Below, piece by piece: positions 1 through 8,787 of a stretch of 64,000 nucleotides of DNA; the first letter of the stretch is position 1, and each line of letters starts with the position of its first letter. Source of the DNA: Hyphomicrobiales bacterium (lineage in GTDB: Bacteria; Pseudomonadota; Alphaproteobacteria; Rhizobiales; Aestuariivirgaceae); assembly GCA_031366855.1 (NCBI GenBank), contig JANLPA010000021.1, positions 5,814 through 69,813 of the forward strand, written 5' to 3'. The translations under genes and the position numbers were made by a program. The notes under the pieces were generated by a model. The model was not told where the DNA came from. It did not search any database and saw nothing but the letters and a program-made list of their open reading frames with translations.

Positions 1-79
1 ACGCTGAAAGCTGCTTGGTTTCCATGATTCAACAATTCATGAATTCTACAAAATTTCAATAGGTTGGAGGAATACTTTA

Positions 80-505
80 TTATTTTAGGTGAATCGAAGG
101 GACCCAGACATAGCCATCGTCATCGATCAGCATCGCTTCACGCAAACCATGGGGTTTATCTAAACTCCCAGCCAGAACTGTATAGCCTGATTCTCTGGCT
201 TTGGCTTCAGCTATATCTGGGTCGCAGCCATAAATGCGTAGTTCGACGCCAACCCCTCTGGCCTCTTGCGAAGCTAGACTGCCGCTTAAAGGATTATTAC
301 GGTAAGTTTCGTCGGTATGGTACATGAAGTCATTGCCACTTAGTTTCATGGCCGCAAAATTGGGAGTTCTGAAAAATACTCTGGCCCCCAGAACTTGTTC
401 AGCGAAATTCACACTTCGCGTAATGTCTTTAACAATTAAATTGAAGCCAAGCCCCCGCAAGGATTTGCCATAATCCGCAGCGGAGATTGGCGTTTCCCTA
501 GACAT
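80..505 (-). CDS. VOC/glyoxalase family protein
   Basis: 141 aa ORF; VOC-like pattern (LIVKDITRSVNF...VELRIYGCDPD...DKPHGLREAMLIDDDGYVW). Confidence 0.75.
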   Translation of the reverse strand: MSRETPISAADYGKSLRGLGFNLIVKDITRSVNFAEQVLGARVFFRTPNFAAMKLSGNDFMYHTDETYRNNPLSGSLASQEARGVGVELRIYGCDPDIAEAKARESGYTVLAGSLDKPHGLREAMLIDDDGYVWVPSIHLK

Positions 506-508
506 CGT

Positions 509-922
509 TTAATTCATCACCACTTCGCCGTGTTGATAATCATGCTCATCGTGAAAATAACTCACTGCACAGGAGGGGATGTTGCATGGAAATTTTACAC
601 CCTTCTGGCGAAGCGCCAACAAGAAAAAGGCCGCAGCGTCGGTGGCCAAGCTTGGGGCGTCAATAAATTCTTCATCGTCCAAGGCCGCCTGAATGCGCGT
701 TGCCGCTTCTTGCATTAAGTTATCGGCGCGCTTTCGACCGAGCGCACAGGTCTCGCGCCAATTTTCCAAAAGATCGCTGCGTTTCAGTTCAATCACCATA
801 TCCTGCTCCAGCACCAAAGGGAGATTGCCTCTGGCCCTGATATCGTGGATGGGCGAACCTGCTTTGGCAGATTCTGGGCAAGACACAGTGAAATCGGCAC
901 ACTCAATCGATGAATTACGCAT
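509..922 (-). CDS. Hypothetical protein
   Basis: ORF 509..934; likely ATG at 922 preceded by GAGG; ends 3 nt before the VOC gene start. No family recognised. Confidence 0.6.
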   Translation of the reverse strand: MRNSSIECADFTVSCPESAKAGSPIHDIRARGNLPLVLEQDMVIELKRSDLLENWRETCALGRKRADNLMQEAATRIQAALDDEEFIDAPSLATDAAAFFLLALRQKGVKFPCNIPSCAVSYFHDEHDYQHGEVVMN

Positions 923-981
923 GACACACCTCAACTAACGAGGAGAAGTCTTGCGCTCAGGAGATTGCAAAATCGTTAACC

Positions 982-2373
982 TTACGGGGCCGCCGCTTGC
1001 CATTTTTTGTGATAGGTTTGCAGATGTTGCAAATGAGAAGGTTCGACTGGACTGAGCTCAATTTTAATGATGGGTGGCTTATCATCCTGAAACAATGCCA
1101 AACAGGCAGCCCCCGCAGCAGTGCCATCACGCAGATCAGAGGCGTAGATTTTTTGGGCCGGGCGCAATTGTGCAAGAATGGCTAAAAACTCGCGGTGTTT
1201 GGAAAATGGACCATCAACAATAATTTGATTTTCAGACCACACAGCATCGAGTTGGGCTGAGACCATGAACGCACAATAGAGTGCCGCGAGACTGGCACGC
1301 TCAGCGGGAGTGGCAGGCGGCAAGCCTGTGATGTGTCCTTTATTGCCTGTGCCGGGATATGGGCCGCCTGAATCAGTGAAACTTGGTATTGCGAAAGTTC
1401 CTGCATCCACCAGTTTTTGCGCAAGCACTAAATCAGCCAAATCTGCTGACGCACCTGCACATAAAACTTCCAGTTCCTTGCCACCAAAAAATCGGCTGCA
1501 AGCCACAGCATTGCCAAGCACATCGGTGTTGGTGTTGGTGTCCTTTGTGTGGTCAAGCTTGGTAATATCGGCGGCACTGTTAAAACTGATCACCCAGGTT
1601 CCCGTCGAGAGCAATGTGAAATTATGGAGCCCGCCGGCAAGGTAACGCAAATAATTGGCATTGGAATCGTGAACGCCGGCCAATATGTTGGCGCGACCTT
1701 GAAATTTTTTTCCCGCAAACTCTTCGCGTAAGGTGCCCAAGTTCTCCCAGGCTTTGCGCATAGGGGCATATGATTTTGCCCAACCTTGGTGGATTGCGAG
1801 ATTTGAAGGTGCTGCTGTGTTCACATTTAACAATTGGCTTTGGCAGGCCATTGATGAAATTTCCGTGGCAGCCACACCTGACAAGCGAAACGCGATATAT
1901 TGAATCCACGGCAGGATGGTTGAGACAGTCTTGAATTTCTCAGCATCTAATTTTTGTTGCCAATAAATCTGCAATGCATGGGTGAGCGCCATGGGCAGCA
2001 GCGTACAATAAACTTCCGAAAAAGATGGTTGCAGTTTTAAATAATCCGCAATCACATCGGGTGGCGGTTGCGACGCGTAATCCATTATTGGAAATGCAAG
2101 CTCGCCACTATCATTGAGCAAGGAAATACATGCGCCATGAGCACAAGGCACAATGACATCGACGGGCATAATATCGTCGAGTTCTCGAAGTGCAATTTTT
2201 AGAAAATCCATTGTTGGTTCAGCATCGATGATTTTGTAATCGGCACCCTCACGGTGCGCACTGGCGATTTTTCGCGAAGCGATGATTTTCAATTCGGGCG
2301 AAAATAAAATTGCTTTGGTGTTGGTGTACCCCACATCGACAACAACAATTCCGCGAGTTTGTTCTTTTTGCAT
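982..2373 (-). CDS. FGGY-family carbohydrate kinase (rhamnulokinase/fuculokinase-like)
   Basis: VVVDVGYTNTK phosphate-1 motif, GVHDSNA, LLSTGTW, IIVDGPF; likely start MQKEQ at 2373 (ORF extends to 2415). Confidence 0.85.
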   Translation of the reverse strand: MQKEQTRGIVVVDVGYTNTKAILFSPELKIIASRKIASAHREGADYKIIDAEPTMDFLKIALRELDDIMPVDVIVPCAHGACISLLNDSGELAFPIMDYASQPPPDVIADYLKLQPSFSEVYCTLLPMALTHALQIYWQQKLDAEKFKTVSTILPWIQYIAFRLSGVAATEISSMACQSQLLNVNTAAPSNLAIHQGWAKSYAPMRKAWENLGTLREEFAGKKFQGRANILAGVHDSNANYLRYLAGGLHNFTLLSTGTWVISFNSAADITKLDHTKDTNTNTDVLGNAVACSRFFGGKELEVLCAGASADLADLVLAQKLVDAGTFAIPSFTDSGGPYPGTGNKGHITGLPPATPAERASLAALYCAFMVSAQLDAVWSENQIIVDGPFSKHREFLAILAQLRPAQKIYASDLRDGTAAGAACLALFQDDKPPIIKIELSPVEPSHLQHLQTYHKKWQAAAP

Positions 2374-2457
2374 AGTGCCTATGATTTCACGGGAACAGGC
2401 TAGACGCAACAACACAACTGATGTTATCGCGGGATCATCTTTAATTTTTTATAGGAT

Positions 2458-3198
2458 ATGATCATGGCGAAGCTTAAACATCTCGAATTGCGCAAACAGG
2501 TGATCGAAATTTGTCTGGCCATGAATGATGAGGGAATCAACCAAGGCACATCAGGCAATGTAAGTGTGCGGGTGCCCGAGGGGTTCCTCATCACGGCATC
2601 GGGTGTTCCCTACAAAAAAATGAAGCCACATCACATCGTGACGATGGATTTGAATGGTGGTTATGAAGGCGATTATTTGCCATCAACCGAATGGCGCATG
2701 CATATGGATATTTTTAAAGCGCGGCCTGAAGCAGGTGCCATTGTGCATGTGCATTCAACTTATGCCACCGCGATGGCGTGTTTACGCAAGGAAGTTCCGG
2801 CCTTTCACTATATGATTGGTGTGACAGGTGGCATTTCACTTCGCGTTTCTGATTATGCCGAGTTCGGCACGCAAGACTTATCAGACACCATGTTGGAAGC
2901 GATGAAAGATCGCACCGCTTGCCTTCTTGCCAATCATGGCCAGATTTGTTTTTCAAATAATTTAGACAAGGCTTTGTGGTTGGCTGGCGAAGTGGAAGCG
3001 CTGTGCCACATGTATTGGGCAGCAATTGTTGCGGGCAACCCCGTGGTGTTAGCGGATGACAAAATGGTGAGTGTTTTGAAGCGCTTCAAAACCTATGGCC
3101 GTCAACCTGATGCCCTTAAAGCTGAGGATGTTTCGGCCCATGCGGTGTTTGCGCCAACGCGCCGCGATGTGAAAAAGAAAGCAACAAAATCCAAATAA
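2458..3198 (+). CDS. Class II aldolase/adducin family protein (L-fuculose-1-phosphate aldolase-like)
   Basis: NQGTSGNVSVR, PSTEWRMH, VHVHS, IPAFHYMI-like segment, LLANHG metal ligands. Confidence 0.9.
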   Translation: MIMAKLKHLELRKQVIEICLAMNDEGINQGTSGNVSVRVPEGFLITASGVPYKKMKPHHIVTMDLNGGYEGDYLPSTEWRMHMDIFKARPEAGAIVHVHSTYATAMACLRKEVPAFHYMIGVTGGISLRVSDYAEFGTQDLSDTMLEAMKDRTACLLANHGQICFSNNLDKALWLAGEVEALCHMYWAAIVAGNPVVLADDKMVSVLKRFKTYGRQPDALKAEDVSAHAVFAPTRRDVKKKATKSK

Positions 3199-3234
3199 TG
3201 CTGCATTGCAGCGACGTTTTTTGATTACTGTGGA

Positions 3235-3249
3235 TTGACAGCGCTGCAA
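3235..3249 (+). promoter_or_regulatory. TTGACA -35 box overlapping a LacI-family-like operator (TGACAGCGCTGCAA)
   Basis: Near-palindrome with central AGCGCT, about 80 nt upstream of the solute-binding protein gene; no clear -10 box seen. Confidence 0.5.
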
Positions 3250-3329
3250 TTTTGCTTCTCCCATCACTGACTCTCTCAAGGAATGATCATGAACGCGCAT
3301 TCGAAAATCAGCACGCCAATGGGAAATTT

Positions 3330-4856
3330 ATGATGAGCTTTAAGCGCTACGATAAGCAGACCTTTATTGTCGATGCGGCAGCAGATTTTGCTGCACGCCG
3401 CATTTCCAAGCGAAGCTTTTTGAAAAAAATGGCTTTAGGTGGTGTTGGCGTTTCAGCCTTTGCTGCTGGCCTTCTAGGCAACACCCGGCCTTTCCGTGGC
3501 AATCTCAATCTGCTTGGCACTGAGGCTTTGGCCGAAGGCAACCCAGAAGTGAACAAGTGGCTCGTAGATGTTGGTTCCAAATTCAAGGGCACCAAGATCC
3601 GGTATACGTCAGAAGCTACACCGCCAACTGTTGTTCTGGACAAGATCAAGAAAGAATTTACCGATCCAACTGGCATCGAAGTTGAAATTGAAATTGTTCC
3701 GCTTGAGCAAGTTCTGGCCAAAGCGACGCAAGATGTGCAAGGCCAGTTTGGCACCTATGATCTCTATTACCTCGATCAATCATGGGTTGCCACATTTGCG
3801 CAAGATACGATTGACCCAGTAGCTTATTATAAAGATAAGCCAGACCTTGCCATGCCTGGTTTCGACTTTGAAGATTTCTCCAAACCATTGGTTGATGGTT
3901 TGGCTTTATATGATGGCAAGTGGGTTGGCATTCCGTTCGACATTCCAATTTTCATCACCATGTATCGCAAAGACATTTTTGAAAAACTGAAAATTTCTCC
4001 GCCAACCACTGTGGATGAATATACCGCAGCCGTGAAGCAGATCACCGAAGCTGAAAAAGGCAACGGCATGTTCGGCACAGGCCTGCAAGCTAAGTCTGGT
4101 CACTATTCGCTGAACTGCGATTGGACGCAGGCTGTGTGGAATGAAGGCGGATCAATCTTCACGAAGGACAAGAAATTCTCTGGTAATGATGAAGCTGGCG
4201 TTCGCGGGCTTCAATGGTATCAGGAAATGTTGAAGAATGCGCCGCCACAATCCACGGCATCAACTTGGGTTGGTCAATTCCAAATGATGGTGTCTGGTCA
4301 AGTAGCGCTCGTCAATACATGGAATGAAGACTTCCCTGGCCAAGATGCAGATGACTCAAAAGTGAAAGGTCTGTGGGAACCATTGCACCCCATTGTTGGC
4401 AAGCCACTGCGGGCTGTTGCTGATGCTGGCTTTGGAGAAATTCCAAACAATGGCCATCAAGGCGGCTCTGTTCTGGGTCTTTCCAAATATTCAAAGAATA
4501 TCGATGCAGCTTGGATTTTCATGCAATGGGCTTGCTCTAAAGATATCATGACCCGCTGCACCTTGGCGGGTGGTTTTGCGCCTATGCGTCTCTCATCATT
4601 TGCGGATGAACGCGTGAAAGCCAAAGCTGTTGTGGGGGCTGGCACTACACGCCATCTTGAAACAGTGAAGTGGACTATTGACAATGCCATGGCTTCTGAA
4701 CCTGACATGCCGTTGTGGGCTGGCTTCTCGAATAACGAGATTCCAGTGGGTCTTGGCAGATTACTGACGGGCCAAGATTATGGTGGCGATGCCAAAAAAT
4801 GTATGGATGACATTGCATCGCAAATCGATAAAGCTGTGGCCGAAGCTGGTCTATAA
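3330..4856 (+). CDS. Sugar ABC transporter extracellular solute-binding protein with Tat-like signal
   Basis: SKRSFLKK plus hydrophobic stretch; family-1 SBP pattern (EFTDPTGIEVEIEIVP, YRKDIFEK, AAWIFMQW). Likely start 3330. Confidence 0.85.
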   Translation: MMSFKRYDKQTFIVDAAADFAARRISKRSFLKKMALGGVGVSAFAAGLLGNTRPFRGNLNLLGTEALAEGNPEVNKWLVDVGSKFKGTKIRYTSEATPPTVVLDKIKKEFTDPTGIEVEIEIVPLEQVLAKATQDVQGQFGTYDLYYLDQSWVATFAQDTIDPVAYYKDKPDLAMPGFDFEDFSKPLVDGLALYDGKWVGIPFDIPIFITMYRKDIFEKLKISPPTTVDEYTAAVKQITEAEKGNGMFGTGLQAKSGHYSLNCDWTQAVWNEGGSIFTKDKKFSGNDEAGVRGLQWYQEMLKNAPPQSTASTWVGQFQMMVSGQVALVNTWNEDFPGQDADDSKVKGLWEPLHPIVGKPLRAVADAGFGEIPNNGHQGGSVLGLSKYSKNIDAAWIFMQWACSKDIMTRCTLAGGFAPMRLSSFADERVKAKAVVGAGTTRHLETVKWTIDNAMASEPDMPLWAGFSNNEIPVGLGRLLTGQDYGGDAKKCMDDIASQIDKAVAEAGL

Positions 4857-4872
4857 CTTTAAACACTCCTGT

Positions 4873-4905
4873 GGAGGTGGGCTTCATGCCCGCCTCCGTA
4901 TTTTT
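4873..4905 (+). terminator. Hairpin plus T-tract after the SBP gene
   Basis: GGAGGTGGGC-ttcat-GCCCGCCTCC followed by GTATTTTT. Confidence 0.7.
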
Positions 4906-4916
4906 AACGGCAGTTT

Positions 4917-6443
4917 ATGAAACAAGATTTGGTCATCGGGCTTGACGCCTCAACCACTGCAACCAAGGCAATTGCTTGGGATAGGCGCGGTCATTTAGTT
5001 GCTGAGGGTCGCGCGGCGGTTCCGTTGAGCACTCCAAAACCCGGCTGGTATGAGCAAGACGTTTCCGATTGGACCGGAGCTGCTGCAACCGCGTTGAAAC
5101 AAGTTTCCAAAAAAATTGATATGTCCCGCGTTGCCGCACTTTCCATTTCTAATCAGCGCGAATCCTTTGCGCAGTTTGATGCCAAGAATAAGCCGCTGCG
5201 TCCTGGTAGCCTGTGGTTGGATGAACGCGCTCATCTTGAAACCAAAGAACTTGTGGCACGTATTGGTGCAGAACGCTTGCATGATATTTCAGGCAAGCCA
5301 TCAGATGTAACACCTTGCATAGGGCGCTGTTTGTGGTTTGAGAAAAATATGCCAGCGCTGTGGAAGAAGACCGCCATGGCGGCTGAAGTTCATGGCGTGC
5401 TCACACACTTTCTTACAGGCAAGTGGCATACATCGGTTGCATCGGCTGACCCGATGGGCCTTAGTGATATGCGCAGCTATGATTGGTCCGATGAATTGAC
5501 CGCATATGTTGGTCTCACGCGCAAAAAATTGCCGCAGCTTTTTAGATCAGGAGCTGTGATGGGTGAAGTTTCATCAGAAGCTAGCAGAGCCACTGGCTTG
5601 AAAGTTGGCACCGCTATTATTGCGGGCGGAGGGGACGGCCAATGTGCAGGCACGGGAGCCAATGTGTTTGTGAAGGGCAGGGCCTATCTTAATCTCGGTA
5701 CTGCTGCTGTCTCTGGAAATTTTGGGTTGGACTATGCCCGTAATCCCATGTTCCGCACCCTGACGGCGGTGGCAGAAGAAGGTTACATTTACGAGACGTG
5801 TATTCGCACCGGCACATTTTTGTTGAATTGGTTGGTTGAGCGCTTGTTCAACTTGGACCCTCTTAAGAACCCTGGCATTTTTGCTACACTCGAAAACGAA
5901 GCCAAGCTTTCGCCCATTGGCAGCCGTGGCTTAGCACTTGTTCCTTATTGGTCTGGCTGCATGACGCCTTATTGGGATACAAGTGCAAGAGGCATGATTG
6001 CTGGACTTTCAGGCAATCATTCACGCGGCGATATTTATCGCGCCATGCTGGAAGGCATTGCATTAGAGCAAGTGATGATGACTGATGGGGCGGAGGCGGC
6101 AACCACGGCCATAGATCATTATGTAATTATGGGGGGTGGGGCGAAGTCAGATTTCTGGTGTCAGATTGTGGCTGATGCTTCTGGGCGCGACGTGAAGCGC
6201 TTGGAAACGGTTGAAGTCTCTTCGCAAGGGGCTGCCATGGCTGCCGCTAAAGCTGCCAATTGGTTTAAATCAATTCCCGAAGCTTCAGCCTCTATGTCTG
6301 GCAAGCCATCAAAAACCTTCCATCCACGGACCAAACAAAATAAGGCTTATAGTGAATTGCTAAGTATCTATCGAGAACTTTGGCCGCAAGTTTCAAGCTG
6401 GAATACAAAATTACAAGATTTCGCGAGTCGGCAAAATGGCTGA
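4917..6443 (+). CDS. FGGY-family carbohydrate kinase (xylulokinase-like)
   Basis: IGLDASTTATKA, ISNQRES, GGGDGQCA, LNLGTA, GGGAKS motifs. Confidence 0.9.
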   Translation: MKQDLVIGLDASTTATKAIAWDRRGHLVAEGRAAVPLSTPKPGWYEQDVSDWTGAAATALKQVSKKIDMSRVAALSISNQRESFAQFDAKNKPLRPGSLWLDERAHLETKELVARIGAERLHDISGKPSDVTPCIGRCLWFEKNMPALWKKTAMAAEVHGVLTHFLTGKWHTSVASADPMGLSDMRSYDWSDELTAYVGLTRKKLPQLFRSGAVMGEVSSEASRATGLKVGTAIIAGGGDGQCAGTGANVFVKGRAYLNLGTAAVSGNFGLDYARNPMFRTLTAVAEEGYIYETCIRTGTFLLNWLVERLFNLDPLKNPGIFATLENEAKLSPIGSRGLALVPYWSGCMTPYWDTSARGMIAGLSGNHSRGDIYRAMLEGIALEQVMMTDGAEAATTAIDHYVIMGGGAKSDFWCQIVADASGRDVKRLETVEVSSQGAAMAAAKAANWFKSIPEASASMSGKPSKTFHPRTKQNKAYSELLSIYRELWPQVSSWNTKLQDFASRQNG

Positions 6444-7755
6444 TTGGAATCATCTCATCCGCGAAGTGATTGCCGGAGAGTGGCGCGACCCTGAAACGGG
6501 CAAGGCTGCCATCATGCCGTTTGAAACAATCCGCCTTGAAGAAGATTTAGAAGGTGGCGCTGCAGATATGGTGGCTCCCCTCAAGCTGGGGCGGCGTATC
6601 GCCGTTGTTTCTGATCACAATACGCATGAGGCTATGGGAAGGCGCGTTGCCAAGGAGCTAAAAGCGCTTGGCACCATTGATGAAATTATTATGCCAAGTG
6701 ACACCCATTGTGACGAGCCAACGATAGCTCAGATGCAAGAAAAATCGCGCCATGCCGATGGTGTGGTGGTGGTGGGTTCAGGTTCAATTTCAGATGTGGT
6801 GAAATATGCAACGTTCAAAGATGGCCGCAAATATGTGAGTTTTCCCACTGCTGCTTCAATGAACGGCTATGCGGCTGGCACGGCTTCCGTGACGCTCAAC
6901 AATGGTTATAAAACCTCACTTCCAGCACAAGCGCCGCGCGGCATTTTTATTGATCTTAAAGTAAATGCTGCAGCCCCTTCTTGGCTTCCAGCAGCAGGCT
7001 TGGCCGACAGTTTATGCAGGCCGACAGCGCAGGTTGATTGGTGGGCTTCGCATAGGTTGTTTGAGAGTTTCTATTCAACCACGCCTTATACACTGCTCGG
7101 TGAAGATGAACCGCGCATGATTGCTTCTGCCGCAGCTCTCGCCTCGCATGACGTGGCAGCACAGGGGCATTTGCACCGCGTTATGATCCTCACCGGCTTT
7201 GGCAATTGTTTCACCGGCACGTCTCATTCAGGCTCCATGGGCGAGCATCAGGTTTCACATTGGATTGATATGTTCGCTGGTAAGCAACATCCAAACAGCA
7301 TTCACGGCCAACAAGTTGGTGTTGCGGCATTGGCCATTGCAAGATTGCAAAAGCAAATGTTGGATCTTTCACGTGCGCCCCAAATTAAGCCCACACAGAT
7401 TGTCGAGGAAGATTTTATTTTGCGGTACGGCGATGCGCTTGGCCGGCTGTGTTATGGCGAGGCAAAAAAGAAAGCTTTTGATGACAAGGGTGCCGATGAT
7501 TTCAATAGCAAGATTGAAAGGCTGTGGCCAGAGCTGCGCGAAGAACTTCGGAAATTCATGATTGATCCTGCTCAGATGCAAAAAACAATTGCCTCTGCAG
7601 GCGGACCCACAACAGCGACGGAGCTTGGTCTTTCACTTCCAGTGTGGCGCGATGCCATGAAACACGGCCGCTATATTCGCAACCGCTGGTCATTTTTAGA
7701 TTTGGCCGATGATTGCGGATTGCTCGATGAATTTTTGGCGAGTGATTCCCAATGA
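6436..7755 (+). CDS. sn-glycerol-1-phosphate dehydrogenase family protein (AraM/EgsA-like)
   Basis: VGSGSISDVVK, FPTAASMNG, SGSMGEHQVSH, HGQQVG motifs of the G1PDH branch of the DHQ-synthase/Fe-ADH superfamily. Confidence 0.85.
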   Translation: MADWNHLIREVIAGEWRDPETGKAAIMPFETIRLEEDLEGGAADMVAPLKLGRRIAVVSDHNTHEAMGRRVAKELKALGTIDEIIMPSDTHCDEPTIAQMQEKSRHADGVVVVGSGSISDVVKYATFKDGRKYVSFPTAASMNGYAAGTASVTLNNGYKTSLPAQAPRGIFIDLKVNAAAPSWLPAAGLADSLCRPTAQVDWWASHRLFESFYSTTPYTLLGEDEPRMIASAAALASHDVAAQGHLHRVMILTGFGNCFTGTSHSGSMGEHQVSHWIDMFAGKQHPNSIHGQQVGVAALAIARLQKQMLDLSRAPQIKPTQIVEEDFILRYGDALGRLCYGEAKKKAFDDKGADDFNSKIERLWPELREELRKFMIDPAQMQKTIASAGGPTTATELGLSLPVWRDAMKHGRYIRNRWSFLDLADDCGLLDEFLASDSQ

Positions 7756-8783
7756 AAAAACGTGTTATAATTTTGGGTGCAGGCGTGATGGGCAGCGCAA
7801 TGGCCCTGCCGCTTTGTGACCGTGGGTTTGATGTTACACTTGTTGGAACCCCACTTGATGAAGAGATTGTAGTGTCGCTCAAGGCAAAACAGCTTCATCC
7901 AAAATTGAATGTCACTTTGCCTGCTGGCATTCGCATACTCAGTCACCAAGGTTATGTGCAGGACGAGAGTGATCTCATTGTTTTGGGTGTATCCTCTGCT
8001 GGCATCGCTTGGGCAATTGAGAAGTTGGCATTGGTCCTCAAAAAATCTACACCCATTGTGATGATCACCAAAGGTCTGTCTTCCAATATGGAGGCCTTGC
8101 CCGATGTGATGGCTGCCGCATTGAAGAGCAGGCTTGGATTTGTATGTGCCATCGCTGCGATTGCTGGGCCTTGCATTGCTGGCGAACTGGCCCAGCGCAG
8201 GCCAACGGGCACGGTGATTGTGTCGCATGATTTTGCCTTTGCCTTGAAGCTGTGTGAAGATTTGCAAACGGACTATTATCAACCACGCCCGTCAATTGAT
8301 GTGATTGGCGTTGAAATGTGCGCGGCCTTCAAAAACTTCTTTGCCATTGCGGTTGGCTTTGCCCATGGCCTCCTCGAAAACTTGCCACCCACTGAGAACA
8401 AGGCGTTCAATAATAATGCCGCGGCCATTCTCTTTGATCAGGCTATTCGTGAGATGATGGTTTTGGTGAGGGCTTTTGGTGGTTCTCCTGAATCGGTTTG
8501 GGGCATGGCGGGAGCTGGTGATCTTTATGTCACGTGCCAAGCCGGACGCAATTCGCGGCTAGGCCATCATATGGGTCGTGGGCTTTCGTATCACCAAGTG
8601 AAAGCTGGGCCGATGCTGCATGACACGGTTGAAGGCGCTGAGCTTGGCATTGCGGTTGCGGCCACTCTTCGCGCCCATATTAACTCTAAGAGACTGGACG
8701 CGGAAAAACTTCCGCTTACGGTGGCACTGCTCAATGCGCTCACCGAGGCTGTGCCATTTATGCCTGATTGGGCTAAATTCTAA
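7752..8783 (+). CDS. NAD(P)H-dependent glycerol-3-phosphate dehydrogenase family protein (GpsA-like, divergent)
   Basis: ILGAGVMGSA, ITKG, IAGPCIAGE, AAFKN, GAGDLYVTC..GRN, VEG motifs; ATGA overlap with the G1PDH gene. Confidence 0.85.
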   Translation: MKKRVIILGAGVMGSAMALPLCDRGFDVTLVGTPLDEEIVVSLKAKQLHPKLNVTLPAGIRILSHQGYVQDESDLIVLGVSSAGIAWAIEKLALVLKKSTPIVMITKGLSSNMEALPDVMAAALKSRLGFVCAIAAIAGPCIAGELAQRRPTGTVIVSHDFAFALKLCEDLQTDYYQPRPSIDVIGVEMCAAFKNFFAIAVGFAHGLLENLPPTENKAFNNNAAAILFDQAIREMMVLVRAFGGSPESVWGMAGAGDLYVTCQAGRNSRLGHHMGRGLSYHQVKAGPMLHDTVEGAELGIAVAATLRAHINSKRLDAEKLPLTVALLNALTEAVPFMPDWAKF

Positions 8784-8787
8784 CCTA

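Noticed and set aside
1-25. Possible start of a minus-strand CDS (ATG GAA ACC AAG...) running off the left edge
   Set aside because: Only eight codons are visible; it cannot be supported.
6436-7755. G1PDH as evidence for archaeal-type ether lipid synthesis
   Set aside because: No GGGP or DGGGP synthase in the window, and the context is catabolic.
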